From a virus, in IMG/VR virus record IMGVR_UViG_3300044644_001125, positions 83,623-147,622 of that record: a stretch of 64,000 nucleotides of DNA; one strand, 5' to 3'. The notes below the pieces were generated by a model. It made no database searches, had not been told where the DNA came from, and saw nothing but the letters and a program-made list of their open reading frames with translations. A program made the position numbers and the translations under genes. This document shows, piece by piece, positions 17,916 through 27,269 of this stretch. Position 1 is the stretch's first letter; each line of letters begins with the position of its first letter.

Positions 17916-18119
17916 TGACTCTACCATACGTGCACACTCAATAGCTTCCAGTGCACTAGCACGGATAGTCTTGAAATCTATCTGATCAGCATCCCAAGTG
18001 GCCTGCCAAACAAACTGCCACCAGAACTTCCAATGCTTCCGGTATACATGAATCTCTACTGCATTCTTACCTGCATAGAAAATCCGGGCCTGGTAGATAC
18101 CATCATCAACTTTTAACAT
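17901..18119 (-). CDS. hypothetical protein
   Basis: 72-aa ORF with class-B leader ACCCGCTGAAGG..CATATAGGAGAGCACAC-ATG. Confidence 0.5.
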   Translation of the reverse strand: MLKVDDGIYQARIFYAGKNAVEIHVYRKHWKFWWQFVWQATWDADQIDFKTIRASALEAIECARMVESGYPL

Positions 18120-18439
18120 GTGTGCTCTCCTATATGTGTGAATGCAGGTATATTATCATATATCCTTCAGCGGGTAAAGTAGAATTTAAAGGTAAGTGAA
18201 TCAATAACTTACAAGCGTTCGTTTCATTTTTTGTGTATTGTAGATTATTGACCCTGTAGGGTAACCAGGGTAAGATACTGTTTAAAGGTACTGTTTGTAA
18301 GTCATTGATTTATATCATTATTATTTTAAGGGTCTAAAAGATAATAGCTTTATAATTCAATGACTTACAAGAAAGTAGTTGAAAATTGAATGAAAACACG
18401 TGTATATTAGCACGAGCTACTAACACGCACAGCGGGTAA

Positions 18440-18772
18440 CTAGGATTTGATCAACCATACAAACGATTGATTGGCAGCACAACCAAGCACGAGTCCAGGG
18501 TTATTCACTATCATTTCGATTCTACCATCAGCGGTATTCTCCTGAGTTACATGTGGATAGTTCATCTCTTTAATCATAGAGTTGGTATAGAGATCACATT
18601 GATAACGACTCATCCCACGCTTCCAAGCTACTATGATATGTGAATTCTGTTTCATTGCATCATAGTCAACTAAGAACCCGGCGTTCAACATGTTCTGTTT
18701 GATATCATCCAAGGTATATGCATTGGCGTTTAACGATGCTAGTAATGCGATTACTGCTAATAACTTTTTCAT
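18440..18772 (-). CDS. secreted small protein
   Basis: Signal peptide MKKLLAVIALLASLNANA. Stop followed immediately by TTACCCGCTGTG. Confidence 0.55.
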   Translation of the reverse strand: MKKLLAVIALLASLNANAYTLDDIKQNMLNAGFLVDYDAMKQNSHIIVAWKRGMSRYQCDLYTNSMIKEMNYPHVTQENTADGRIEMIVNNPGLVLGCAANQSFVWLIKS

Positions 18773-18859
18773 TTTGATTTACTCGGTTAGTTAGAAAGTT
18801 ACTATTATACATGTATATGTACAGATGTCAAGTACCTGCACAGCGGGTAGATAGGTATA

Positions 18860-18882
18860 GCGAGGCACGCTAGTGCCGAGCC
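18860..18882. repeat. GC-hairpin element (GCGAG-gcac-gcta-gtgc-CGAGCC)
   Basis: Covarying stem variant. Confidence 0.6.
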
Positions 18883-20663
18883 TAGTCTTCGTCATCCTCG
18901 TCGTCATATTCATACAAGTACTCTTCATCCCCATACTGAACACTATCGTATCTATGATCAGAACCATCGAAGTAATCTGTACCCCAAGAGTCACGATGGC
19001 GTTTAGCATAACGTTCGCGTTCCTCCTTAATGGCTCGCATCTCTGGTTCAATTAATGAATCATCAATATCCGATTCAATGATCCGAGTAGTATTACCACG
19101 TGACAATTCATATTCCTGTTCACGTATGACTAATCTATGAATGGCAACCTTACGGTCATTATCCTCAACTCTAGGACCAACCATCGCAGTATACCCAGTA
19201 AGTTTCTCACCCACTAACTTCCAATATGGCATACCAAACGCTGTTTTGATACGCAACTCGATCTCCTGCAGATCATCAAATGCAATCTTATTTCGCACAA
19301 TGAACGCGTCATGCACACCGATTAGTATCTCATGTCCCATAGTTTCCGCAATCGATGTAGCACTAGTCATGATCGCAGTCTCAGCATGCTGGTACAAGTA
19401 AGCCATCTCTTTGGCCTTATTACGACACCCTTTGTCTGTTTTAGTACAGGTTAACGGAGCCAATATACTTTTATTCTTCTCTAGGATAAACTCAGCTAAC
19501 TCCATATGCTCATGGATAAATCCACTAATCAAATCATGATTCAAAAATGCATCACGAATTTCATTATCTTTTAGGATAACACCTAACGAATTAACCAATG
19601 GATTGTCTGGATCTTTTGGGTTGGGTATGACAATCCCGAATACCTTCGCACCAAAAGATATGGCATTCATCATAGCCTTGATCTTTTTACGACACCACTC
19701 AGGATCATACCGGTGAACATTACCCGCTTTGTCTTTGTAAGTACGGCATAAGAACACGTGCTTCAAACAGTCCTGTATAAAGTCTTCCTTATCTGTCAGG
19801 TAATGATTAGTATACTGGAACCTTTCTGGTTTTACTTCTCGGTTATACGCAGCTGCATAACTATACTTCCAGGCAATGGATGAAGAACTGATATCATACT
19901 GCCATGAATCACCCAATACATTCTTACGCATTTCCCTTGGGATGTTATGCATCGATAACCCAACATAATACAATCGGCCAAATACACTCTGCTTCTTCCG
20001 CTGGAACCAATACCCATCACCTTTATGTGCTAGGGCCAAGATCATCTTAGCCTTACGTATATAACTCTTGCGTTGGTCCTCATCCAACTTAGTACTGTCA
20101 TAGATAAGCCAATTCAAGTAATTAGTTAACGTTGTAGTATTAACTTCAATTGGGTGAAACATCGCTAAACAATCATCAGCTGACATTAATCCCTGACTTG
20201 CATATAAAACCTCTGGATATTCCCTGTAGAATAAATCATCATACATTTCATTATCAAGGAAATCATCAGTCTGGATGTTAAGTTGTTTTTCTTCGTATTC
20301 TTCTAGGCTCATGTCAAATAGATCTGTGTAAGTACAACGGTTGTCAATTAGGGAGATAGTAGATTTTACCTTCTGTAAACTATTACCCATGTTTAGAACT
20401 TTTATGATTGGCTTATTATCTTTTAGCCAGGAATGAACTCGTACCTTCTTACCTTTCGAATCGGTAATTCTCCCACCGGTATCATGTAATACCTTCATTG
20501 GGATCTGATACTGACTATACGCAGTACATGCGTAATCGTTTGTAATTGATATATGTATCAAGTTAGACAAGACCTTAGAATACTTCTCAAGTGCTTTATC
20601 TACTGATTTTTTAGAAAACTCCGCATACATTGCTTCGTACACAGACTCGTGGATTTCGATCAT
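18882..20663 (-). CDS. large hypothetical protein with poly-acidic C-terminal tail
   Basis: 593-aa ORF, the largest in the window. Ends YEYDDEDDED. Contains GVHDAF and RNKAK..Y segments of uncertain meaning. AGGAAGAATAAG-ATG SD. Confidence 0.7.
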   Translation of the reverse strand: MIEIHESVYEAMYAEFSKKSVDKALEKYSKVLSNLIHISITNDYACTAYSQYQIPMKVLHDTGGRITDSKGKKVRVHSWLKDNKPIIKVLNMGNSLQKVKSTISLIDNRCTYTDLFDMSLEEYEEKQLNIQTDDFLDNEMYDDLFYREYPEVLYASQGLMSADDCLAMFHPIEVNTTTLTNYLNWLIYDSTKLDEDQRKSYIRKAKMILALAHKGDGYWFQRKKQSVFGRLYYVGLSMHNIPREMRKNVLGDSWQYDISSSSIAWKYSYAAAYNREVKPERFQYTNHYLTDKEDFIQDCLKHVFLCRTYKDKAGNVHRYDPEWCRKKIKAMMNAISFGAKVFGIVIPNPKDPDNPLVNSLGVILKDNEIRDAFLNHDLISGFIHEHMELAEFILEKNKSILAPLTCTKTDKGCRNKAKEMAYLYQHAETAIMTSATSIAETMGHEILIGVHDAFIVRNKIAFDDLQEIELRIKTAFGMPYWKLVGEKLTGYTAMVGPRVEDNDRKVAIHRLVIREQEYELSRGNTTRIIESDIDDSLIEPEMRAIKEERERYAKRHRDSWGTDYFDGSDHRYDSVQYGDEEYLYEYDDEDDED

Positions 20664-21134
20664 CTTATTCTTCCTATGGTTTGTGTTACCAGTTCTCTGA
20701 TCAAACCACCCCTAATTCGGTTGGCCAACCTAGCTAGGGGTTTAAGAAAAATGATTATGATCAATCGAACTTTTAACTCATGTATTTAGTACAGGACCTC
20801 CATTATCTTTTAGTCGAATTAATACTATCACAGCCATAACCAATCAGTCAACTAATATATCTAAAAGATAACTTCATTAATAGTTCAATTATCTTTTAGT
20901 GATATAGACCATCAATAGTTCAATTATCTTTTAGTGATATCTCCAATTGCTCGATGGATTTCTTGTGCAATTACTAGAGGGATTCTGAGGAGAATCCAGG
21001 AGAAGAAGCAAAGACCAAGGAAGCCACCAAAGGCATAAGGAGAAGATCAACAAATCTCTTCTCCCTTAGGGAGACACTTTTTCGGTCTGCAGGCCGCATT
21101 CTATATATACCTGATTATGACAGTTATGTTACAA

Positions 21135-21156
21135 GCTCGTGCCTACCGGCACTCGC
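21135..21156. repeat. GC-hairpin element
   Basis: gctcgtgcctaccggcactcgc. Confidence 0.55.
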
Positions 21157-21202
21157 AATCGAAAAAATTCACACACTAGTCAACCCAGGGAACTTTTCAG
21201 GC

Positions 21203-21229
21203 AATAAAAAGGCAGAACTAAGTCTGCCT
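21203..21229 (-). terminator. rho-independent terminator after 21254-21745
   Basis: Minus strand GGCAGA-cttagt-TCTGCC followed by TTTTTATT. Confidence 0.5.
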
Positions 21230-21253
21230 GTGTATGAGTCAAATACATCATTG

Positions 21254-21745
21254 TTATAGGTATGAATCCACCTTAACTACTTTAATACAATTACCTTCAT
21301 CTTCGGTAACGGTAAAATCAGAAACAAATGCATCTGGTCTTAGCAAATACGCTTCGGAGATTGGTTCTTTGTACCAAACAGCCAACCCATTAAATATAGA
21401 ATACGATCTATGAATTGCTTTACATGACCAGCATCTATTACCATACTTATTTTCCCATCCATGATCTTCCGTACCTTTTAAAACTTCACCATACAATTCT
21501 ATCTCATAGGTTGGAATAACTCGTTTAATAAGATTAACATTGTTTATGGCAGTCCAACGATTAAACAACTGTGGATTAGTATGAAACTTTGGTATATACC
21601 ACGATTTCTGCTCGGGTGACCAACAGGCACCAAGTTTCTTCGCTATGGGTTTATGTGTAAATGGTACATCAATTATTATACCACCCGAAAAATGTAACGA
21701 TTGCTTTTTCCTTTTTTCCTCACGGAATTTTTCAAGAATATTCAT
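21254..21745 (-). CDS. hypothetical protein with N-terminal KxLGAxW..WYIP module
   Basis: 163 aa. N-terminal IAKKLGACWSPEQKSWYIPKF resembles C-terminus of 4852-5787. Confidence 0.6.
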   Translation of the reverse strand: MNILEKFREEKRKKQSLHFSGGIIIDVPFTHKPIAKKLGACWSPEQKSWYIPKFHTNPQLFNRWTAINNVNLIKRVIPTYEIELYGEVLKGTEDHGWENKYGNRCWSCKAIHRSYSIFNGLAVWYKEPISEAYLLRPDAFVSDFTVTEDEGNCIKVVKVDSYL

Positions 21746-22125
21746 AATTCACACCTAAAAGATAATTGCCAACTATTAACTCTATACACACATATACACA
21801 CGTATATACACCAACATGCACAGCGGGTATACTACAAGCTATTACCAAACTTATCCACTGGCTTACCTATTCGATCACACTCAACCAGAGGTACCGTCAC
21901 TGTTATACGGATTGACAACACCATTACTATCAACAAAAACACTATACACAAAATTACATTATCTCTACTCATAAAACTCTCCTATACGTATGGGTACATA
22001 ACGCTACAGCGGGTATATTACCCTAAAAGATAATGGGCATACAGCATCTCCCAATACTGTACACCCAACTGTTGTAAAACTATTCTTTATTATATCCAAC
22101 TATATACCTATAGTCAAGATATATT

Positions 22126-22148
22126 GCGAGCACCGCTAGGTGCGAGCC
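22126..22148. repeat. GC-hairpin element (GCGAG-cacc-gcta-ggtg-CGAGCC)
   Basis: Covarying stem variant. Confidence 0.6.
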
Positions 22149-22751
22149 TTAGTCAAAAACAAACAACTGCTTAACGGTTTTAGCTCTAGTTAAGGCTGGG
22201 TAATCACCATACCAGTTCTTATAACAAATTCTGAAACTAGTCGCATTGGCATATCCACACTTACTAGCAATGTCATCTACTGAAGCATATCGACCACTAT
22301 CCAACAACGACTTAGCCAATGTCATACGCACATCTCTACTTACCATAGAAAACGTGTTATCAAAGAAGGCACTAAACAAAGCATCTACCTTATGCACAGG
22401 TAACCCAGCTGCCAAGTATACCCCTTCCTTATCCACACCAGCCTCAATCTTAGCTACTAACTTCTGAATCAATGCCAAGTCACTCATCTGATAACCAGCA
22501 GCTGCCACTCTCTCAGTTAAATCAGCAGCAGTTGGCTTGTATCGCATGTTAGTATATAGGGTCTGCAACGCAGTATTCACTAATAATGAATTACCAGACA
22601 TCAACCCACTACGCAATTCCGCTACCGGTAAAGTTTTACCTAGGGCTAAACCCAACTCCACATGAAACGCACTTGCCTCTTCTTCAGTCAACCCTTCTGC
22701 CGCTGCCCAACTAAATGTTTTAACTGCTTCGATTTTAATCATTGTATACAC
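22149..22751 (-). CDS. AraC/XylS-type HTH domain protein
   Basis: C-terminal VDDIASKCGYANATSFRICYKNWYGDYPALTR. N-terminal region shares LGxxxxKLPVAELR with 23279-23983. Confidence 0.6.
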   Translation of the reverse strand: MYTMIKIEAVKTFSWAAAEGLTEEEASAFHVELGLALGKTLPVAELRSGLMSGNSLLVNTALQTLYTNMRYKPTAADLTERVAAAGYQMSDLALIQKLVAKIEAGVDKEGVYLAAGLPVHKVDALFSAFFDNTFSMVSRDVRMTLAKSLLDSGRYASVDDIASKCGYANATSFRICYKNWYGDYPALTRAKTVKQLFVFD

Positions 22752-23168
22752 CTATCTGTAATTGTTAATCTGTTGAGAAATGTTATTCTGTAAGTTAGAT
22801 AACTGATAATTAAACATACTGTTCATTGCACCAAGTACCGCAACACCAATTCCTTCCTGTACTACCTTCTGGATAGTCGCATTAACCTCTTCCGTATGAC
22901 TACCAATGTACTCCCGAACAGCCGCTTGAACATTAGCCTCCATTACCTCCTTTACTAACTCATGCAACAACGGTGGTATCGTCGCTGGCTCACCAGCATT
23001 ATAATAGGATGCATGTTTTGGATTCGAACGAGGTTTAAAGAATACCTCCTCCAAGGATCTATCCACCATCTTAGTCAAATCCTCATCAGAGATCAAATCA
23101 CCTATCGAATCCCTAATACGTTCCTTCATCCGCTGCTCAAACGTCTTACTTTCTACTATGTCTGTCAT
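22752..23168 (-). CDS. hypothetical protein
   Basis: 138-aa ORF between the two AraC-like genes; abuts 22149-22751. Confidence 0.55.
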   Translation of the reverse strand: MTDIVESKTFEQRMKERIRDSIGDLISDEDLTKMVDRSLEEVFFKPRSNPKHASYYNAGEPATIPPLLHELVKEVMEANVQAAVREYIGSHTEEVNATIQKVVQEGIGVAVLGAMNSMFNYQLSNLQNNISQQINNYR

Positions 23169-23226
23169 TCTATCACCTTCAAAGGTTTATGTCAAGTATT
23201 TTTTACTTGGTTGTTACTCGTGGGTT

Positions 23227-23275
23227 GCGAGTGCCGATAGGCACGAGCCATTGACTCGCACCTATCGGTGCTCGT
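23227..23275. repeat. two tandem GC-hairpin elements in opposite orientation
   Basis: gcgagtgccgataggcacgagcc + actcgcacctatcggtgctcgt. Confidence 0.6.
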
Positions 23276-23278
23276 AAC

Positions 23279-23983
23279 TTATGCGTGTACTAACTCTGCC
23301 AACGCTTTCTTACCCTTCTCACGCTGCGCATTCTGTCTGTACTCCAATGGCGAAACACCCATCAACTGCCCAAAAGCACTGCGGAACCCGGCTTTAGAAA
23401 ATGCCAATGATTTTGCCACATCCGAGATCTTAGCAATTGACCCATCTTCTAACATCTTAGCACCACGCATCAAGGTAATCTCACGATGCGTAGATGCAAA
23501 CGTACCCTCAAAGAATACTTCGAATAACTTCTCAAACTGGAATGGTCTCAATCCCAAGTCTCGTTGCATCTTATCCTGCTTTAAGTTAACATAGGTAGAT
23601 AACATAGTCACTACGTTCTTTGCTACTGATAACTCTTCACCAGTAAATCCTGCAGCAGCAATACGACCTGCCAAGTCAGATTCTTCTGGGGTATACTTCG
23701 TACCAGTATAAAGTTCACCTAGGGCCTGTTTAGCCAACTTGATGTCACTGCTAGATGGTGCAGCCTTAGCTACCACCTTCTTTACGTCAGGTTGTACCAC
23801 TGGGTCTACTACCTCAGCACTAGCCTTTAACTCAGCCACCGGTAACTTCGTATGGGTTTGTCCCAGTGCAATTGTAAAGTCTTTAAGGAACTGCTCCGCT
23901 TCTTCCCTACTAGCATTTACTCCTGCCTTCCAATTGTATGTTTCTACGGTAATAGTGTGCTTTGATACTTGAACTAAACTCAT
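23279..23983 (-). CDS. AraC/XylS-type HTH domain protein (paralog of 22149-22751)
   Basis: C-terminal ISDVAKSLAFSKAGFRSAFGQLMGVSPLEYRQ. Confidence 0.6.
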   Translation of the reverse strand: MSLVQVSKHTITVETYNWKAGVNASREEAEQFLKDFTIALGQTHTKLPVAELKASAEVVDPVVQPDVKKVVAKAAPSSSDIKLAKQALGELYTGTKYTPEESDLAGRIAAAGFTGEELSVAKNVVTMLSTYVNLKQDKMQRDLGLRPFQFEKLFEVFFEGTFASTHREITLMRGAKMLEDGSIAKISDVAKSLAFSKAGFRSAFGQLMGVSPLEYRQNAQREKGKKALAELVHA

Positions 23984-24269
23984 GGTTTATCCTTGTTGTG
24001 GTTGTGAAAGATTGTATGTTACTCTGTTTTCTACTTGCTGTCAACTTCTTTTTGCGATTTTCTCCCTGGGAAAACTTTGAAATCTTCCTAAAAGATAACT
24101 TTTCTACAATACCCAACATAACCAAATCCTCTACAGGCCTTGAATTTACTGGGTTCCTTATTTCTTCCATCTTCAAAACATTTTCAACTTTTTACAGGGA
24201 GAAAAACAGTACCTAAAAGATGATTTTCGTTCTAGTAATAATGCGGCCTGTAGCCCAGGGAACTCGGCT

Positions 24270-24569
24270 TCAACTTTCTCTAGGGGAGAAAGTCATCTTT
24301 TTTACTAATACCAACATCCTCTTTATGTTAGGTCTAGTAACAGATAAGGCAATCTGCACTGCATCGTCCTCTATCCACAAGTTAACATACGGATTATCGT
24401 AGTACATATCATTAACATCCGCTATAGTCAAAGGTCTCCAGTGTTCAGCTTGGGCGAATGCGTATAGCTTCGCTTCCGTGTATGTCAACGGTATTGGTGC
24501 TATATGGGTTGTTTCTTGAGTTTCTTGGGTCGCGAGCACCGATAGGTGCGAGCCATTGTCAGTTGACAT
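24270..24569 (-). CDS. hypothetical protein
   Basis: 99-aa ORF. Start overlaps stop of 24559-24846. Confidence 0.45.
   Translation of the reverse strand: MSTDNGSHLSVLATQETQETTHIAPIPLTYTEAKLYAFAQAEHWRPLTIADVNDMYYDNPYVNLWIEDDAVQIALSVTRPNIKRMLVLVKKMTFSPRES
24273..24302 (+). terminator. possible plus-strand terminator in intergenic region
   Basis: CTTTCTC-tagg-GAGAAAG followed after 5 nt by TTTTTT. Spacing makes it weak. Confidence 0.35.
24533..24555. repeat. GC-hairpin element (inside coding overlap region)
   Basis: gcgagcaccgataggtgcgagcc. Confidence 0.55.
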
Positions 24570-24846
24570 CTCGCACCGCCCGTATACTTGCTACCCTAGT
24601 CTTAACTATTCTACTAGTACTATTGTCACTGAAACTATGTGCTAACGCAAAGTTCTCCGCTTCATCCGAACTCCAGTAGTTAGATAGCGTAAAGTCGTTA
24701 TCTTGCTTGTATATGTCGATAAGTTCCGCTAACGTCGGCAATCTCCAGTTATCGTGCTCATTTACTCGCATACTCTTTATTATAAGGGTGGCCTCGTACC
24801 AATCTCCAAACATTTCAGCCTCCCTAGGTGATACTTCTATACTCAT
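24559..24846 (-). CDS. divergent DUF1566-like small protein
   Basis: MSIEVSPREAE..NWRLPTLAEL..YWSS..IRAVRDVN. Confidence 0.5.
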   Translation of the reverse strand: MSIEVSPREAEMFGDWYEATLIIKSMRVNEHDNWRLPTLAELIDIYKQDNDFTLSNYWSSDEAENFALAHSFSDNSTSRIVKTRVASIRAVRDVN

Positions 24847-25173
24847 TGTGAATTCTCCTAGTGGTTTGTCTCAATATAGCCCATTTTGAGGGTGCTGTCA
24901 AGTGATCTTTTAGCGTAAGATAGCGTACTTTAGAAAAAAGTTTTCGACTTTTAAAAACACTTCATCGATGTCGATCGAGTATAAACAATATGGGATAAAG
25001 GGAAAAAACACACACGAAAATACTCCAGATTTATAAACGTAAGTCATTGATTTATAAGGGTTAAATACGTGTATTTTTGGTTATTTTCATGCTAAATACT
25101 GGTTTTAGGCTCCTTCGCATTCGCTCAGTCGCAAGTCAAATATCGACTAAAAATCAGTAATATTCGAACAAAT

Positions 25174-25195
25174 GCTCGTGCCTAGCGGCACTCGC
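25174..25195. repeat. GC-hairpin element
   Basis: gctcgtgcctagcggcactcgc in AT-rich 360-bp noncoding region. Confidence 0.55.
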
Positions 25196-25246
25196 AACTG
25201 TATTATGTAAGGTATTATATAGGGTATTATGTAAGTCAATTATCTT

Positions 25247-25534
25247 TTAGAGGTCTCTGACTGCTCTTACATAGCCGTCATTGTTCTTACTGTATTGATA
25301 CTGGCAGCCATTACCGAAGTTCAGACCTGCTACTCGGAAGTCATCCCATACATCAGATGACCAGTAGTAGGCAGGAGCGAAATCGTTTTTTGATCTTCCT
25401 ATTATAATGAGTTCTTCCTCGGTAGGTAAACGCCATCCAGTTTTGTTGTTTGTATTGAGTGCGAAGCAGTAGAGTTTTGCATCTTCCCACGTGAGTTTTG
25501 CTACAGTTTCTTTAGGTGCTATTTCGAATTTCAT
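25247..25534 (-). CDS. DUF1566/Lcl C-terminal domain-like small protein
   Basis: MKFEIAPKET..LYCFALNTNNKTGWRLPTEEEL..YYWSS..YVRAVRDL. First of a tandem triplet; 4-nt overlap with the next gene. Confidence 0.65.
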   Translation of the reverse strand: MKFEIAPKETVAKLTWEDAKLYCFALNTNNKTGWRLPTEEELIIIGRSKNDFAPAYYWSSDVWDDFRVAGLNFGNGCQYQYSKNNDGYVRAVRDL

Positions 25535-25848
25535 GTTAAGTCTCTTACTGCACGCACGTAGCTGATGTAATTCTTGCCGTAGTTACTGAGCTGAACACCA
25601 TTCGATAAATTCTGACACCAGGCGTAGTTAGCATTGTACTCAGAAGACGACCAGTAGAAGGAATCAACAAAGTCCCAGTAGTAGGTACAGCCAAAGTCAT
25701 TTTTGTATTCATAGATATGATTTAATTCATCTTTAGTGGGTAATCGCCATCCAGTCTTACCATCGATATTAAGAGAAAAGCAGTAGAGCTTGGCATCAAA
25801 CCAATTGAGAAATGCCTCTGTTTCTTTTGGACTTATTTCGAATTTCAT
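25531..25848 (-). CDS. DUF1566-like small protein
   Basis: Same motif set. ATGA-type overlaps on both sides. Confidence 0.65.
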   Translation of the reverse strand: MKFEISPKETEAFLNWFDAKLYCFSLNIDGKTGWRLPTKDELNHIYEYKNDFGCTYYWDFVDSFYWSSSEYNANYAWCQNLSNGVQLSNYGKNYISYVRAVRDLT

Positions 25849-26138
25849 TGTAAATCCCTGATTGCTCTTACGTAGTTGTAGTCATAATCTTTAGCCCCAT
25901 CAAATTGACCACCAGTACCAAACGACTGAAACCATGCTTTTGAGCCATCGACCTCGGTAGAGGACCAATATCCCCATTTTTCAAAATCATGTTTTGTATC
26001 GAATATTTTATCTAGTTCTTCAAATGTTGGTAATCTCCAACCGGTTTTACCATTTATACGAAGAGCAAAGCAATACAACTTGGCATCATCCCAATTGGCT
26101 TGGATCTCTGTTTCCTTGGGTGCTATTTCGATGTTCAT
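25845..26138 (-). CDS. DUF1566-like small protein
   Basis: MNIEIAPKETEIQANW..GWRLPTFEEL..YVRAIRDLQ. Confidence 0.65.
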   Translation of the reverse strand: MNIEIAPKETEIQANWDDAKLYCFALRINGKTGWRLPTFEELDKIFDTKHDFEKWGYWSSTEVDGSKAWFQSFGTGGQFDGAKDYDYNYVRAIRDLQ

Positions 26139-26201
26139 GATGGTTTCCTAAAAGATAATGGAACCATGCGCGTAGGTTAGTACGCGCGATTGTCTGGTTG
26201 A

Positions 26202-26432
26202 CTATCTGAATAGTCGTTTAATGTCTGGTATAATATCTTTAAATGAAAGTACTAACAGTCCAATTACAATACATGGTAGTATTGTTGGCCATGCGATTAC
26301 TGCTATAAGTTTTGTTATAACTCGTAATAGTCGGTTTGTAATCCAATCAAATAATCCATCGTAATCCATGTTTATGATCCAAAACATTCCCATAAACAGC
26401 CAAAAAATTCCTATTAGTACAAGATCTATCAT
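26202..26432 (-). CDS. small membrane protein
   Basis: 76-aa hydrophobic ORF with 2-3 TM helices. Confidence 0.5.
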   Translation of the reverse strand: MIDLVLIGIFWLFMGMFWIINMDYDGLFDWITNRLLRVITKLIAVIAWPTILPCIVIGLLVLSFKDIIPDIKRLFR

Positions 26433-26713
26433 AGTAATCTCCTAGTCAAATAAGTACTGCCAAAATCAATCCGATTGTCCAGAATGCTTGCGAAGTTGTT
26501 TGAGTTCTGGGTTTCTGTATAGAATCCATTTAAGCCGCAACTTGTTAAAACATACTTTTATCCAATCAACGGCTTCCATGAGGTAATATATTGGAATCAT
26601 CCAAAGACAATGGTATCCAAACTTGTTATGCATGTTGTTCTCCTGTTTAGGTTTAAGATGTGGTTAGTATACTGGATTAATTATGAATGTCAAGCAAATT
26701 ATGGGTTGGTGTT

Positions 26714-27199
26714 TCAATCTATATATTCAGTTACTCCACGACTTACTGTTAACTGATTGATAATTTGATCATCAGTTTTAGCTTCACACAATTTTTCATT
26801 TACTTTACCCCAGTGAAAAGTAGAATTATACTGCCTATTAAAAATGGGGTTTAGTTGACTAATTAACGATATTTCTAATATCTCAGCATTAGTGATGTTT
26901 TTGGTAATGCATACATCAACATTATCCATCAAAGGAGTAACCTTTTGTAAATCAGTTAAATTGTATTTTAACAAGTTGCTAACGTTAGATAACGTTAAAT
27001 GCGTTGACAGTCTAGTTCGTAAATTAGCAGCCTTGCCAATGTAGAGTAACTCTGATTGTTTAGTATATATCAAGTATACTCCGCAATTATCAGGTCGGTT
27101 AATTTCAACTGGTACATCAATGTTATATTTGAACCAGTTCTTTATATTAACTCTATCATATTCAATGCTAATATTGGTAGTTTCTTTCATCTGTTTCAC
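26714..27199 (-). CDS. GIY-YIG nuclease domain protein (small homing-endonuclease-like)
   Basis: CGVYLIYTKQSELLYIGKAANLRTRLSTH matches GIY-x10-YIG...R...H. Confidence 0.6.
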   Translation of the reverse strand: MKQMKETTNISIEYDRVNIKNWFKYNIDVPVEINRPDNCGVYLIYTKQSELLYIGKAANLRTRLSTHLTLSNVSNLLKYNLTDLQKVTPLMDNVDVCITKNITNAEILEISLISQLNPIFNRQYNSTFHWGKVNEKLCEAKTDDQIINQLTVSRGVTEYID

Positions 27200-27217
27200 T
27201 CAGGAAGTTGACTCTAT

Positions 27218-27240
27218 GGCTCGCCACTAGCGTGGCTCGC
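27218..27240. repeat. GC-hairpin element (GGCTCG-ccac-tag-cgtgg-CTCGC)
   Basis: Covarying stem variant just upstream of GIY-YIG gene. Confidence 0.6.
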
Positions 27241-27269
27241 AAGATTGTATAATTACATGTAAGAAGGTT

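Noticed and set aside
18882-20663. Single-subunit RNA polymerase or family-A DNA polymerase assignment for the 593-aa protein
   Set aside because: HDAF and RNKAK..Y resemble palm motifs C and B, but spacing and order do not match, and no motif A was found. It is recorded only as a weak hint.
25247-26138. Diversity-generating retroelement acting on the DUF1566-like paralogs
   Set aside because: No reverse transcriptase or template repeat is visible in this window. Variation is spread over the whole inter-motif region rather than restricted to adenine-templated codons. This is left as a hypothesis to test on the full genome.
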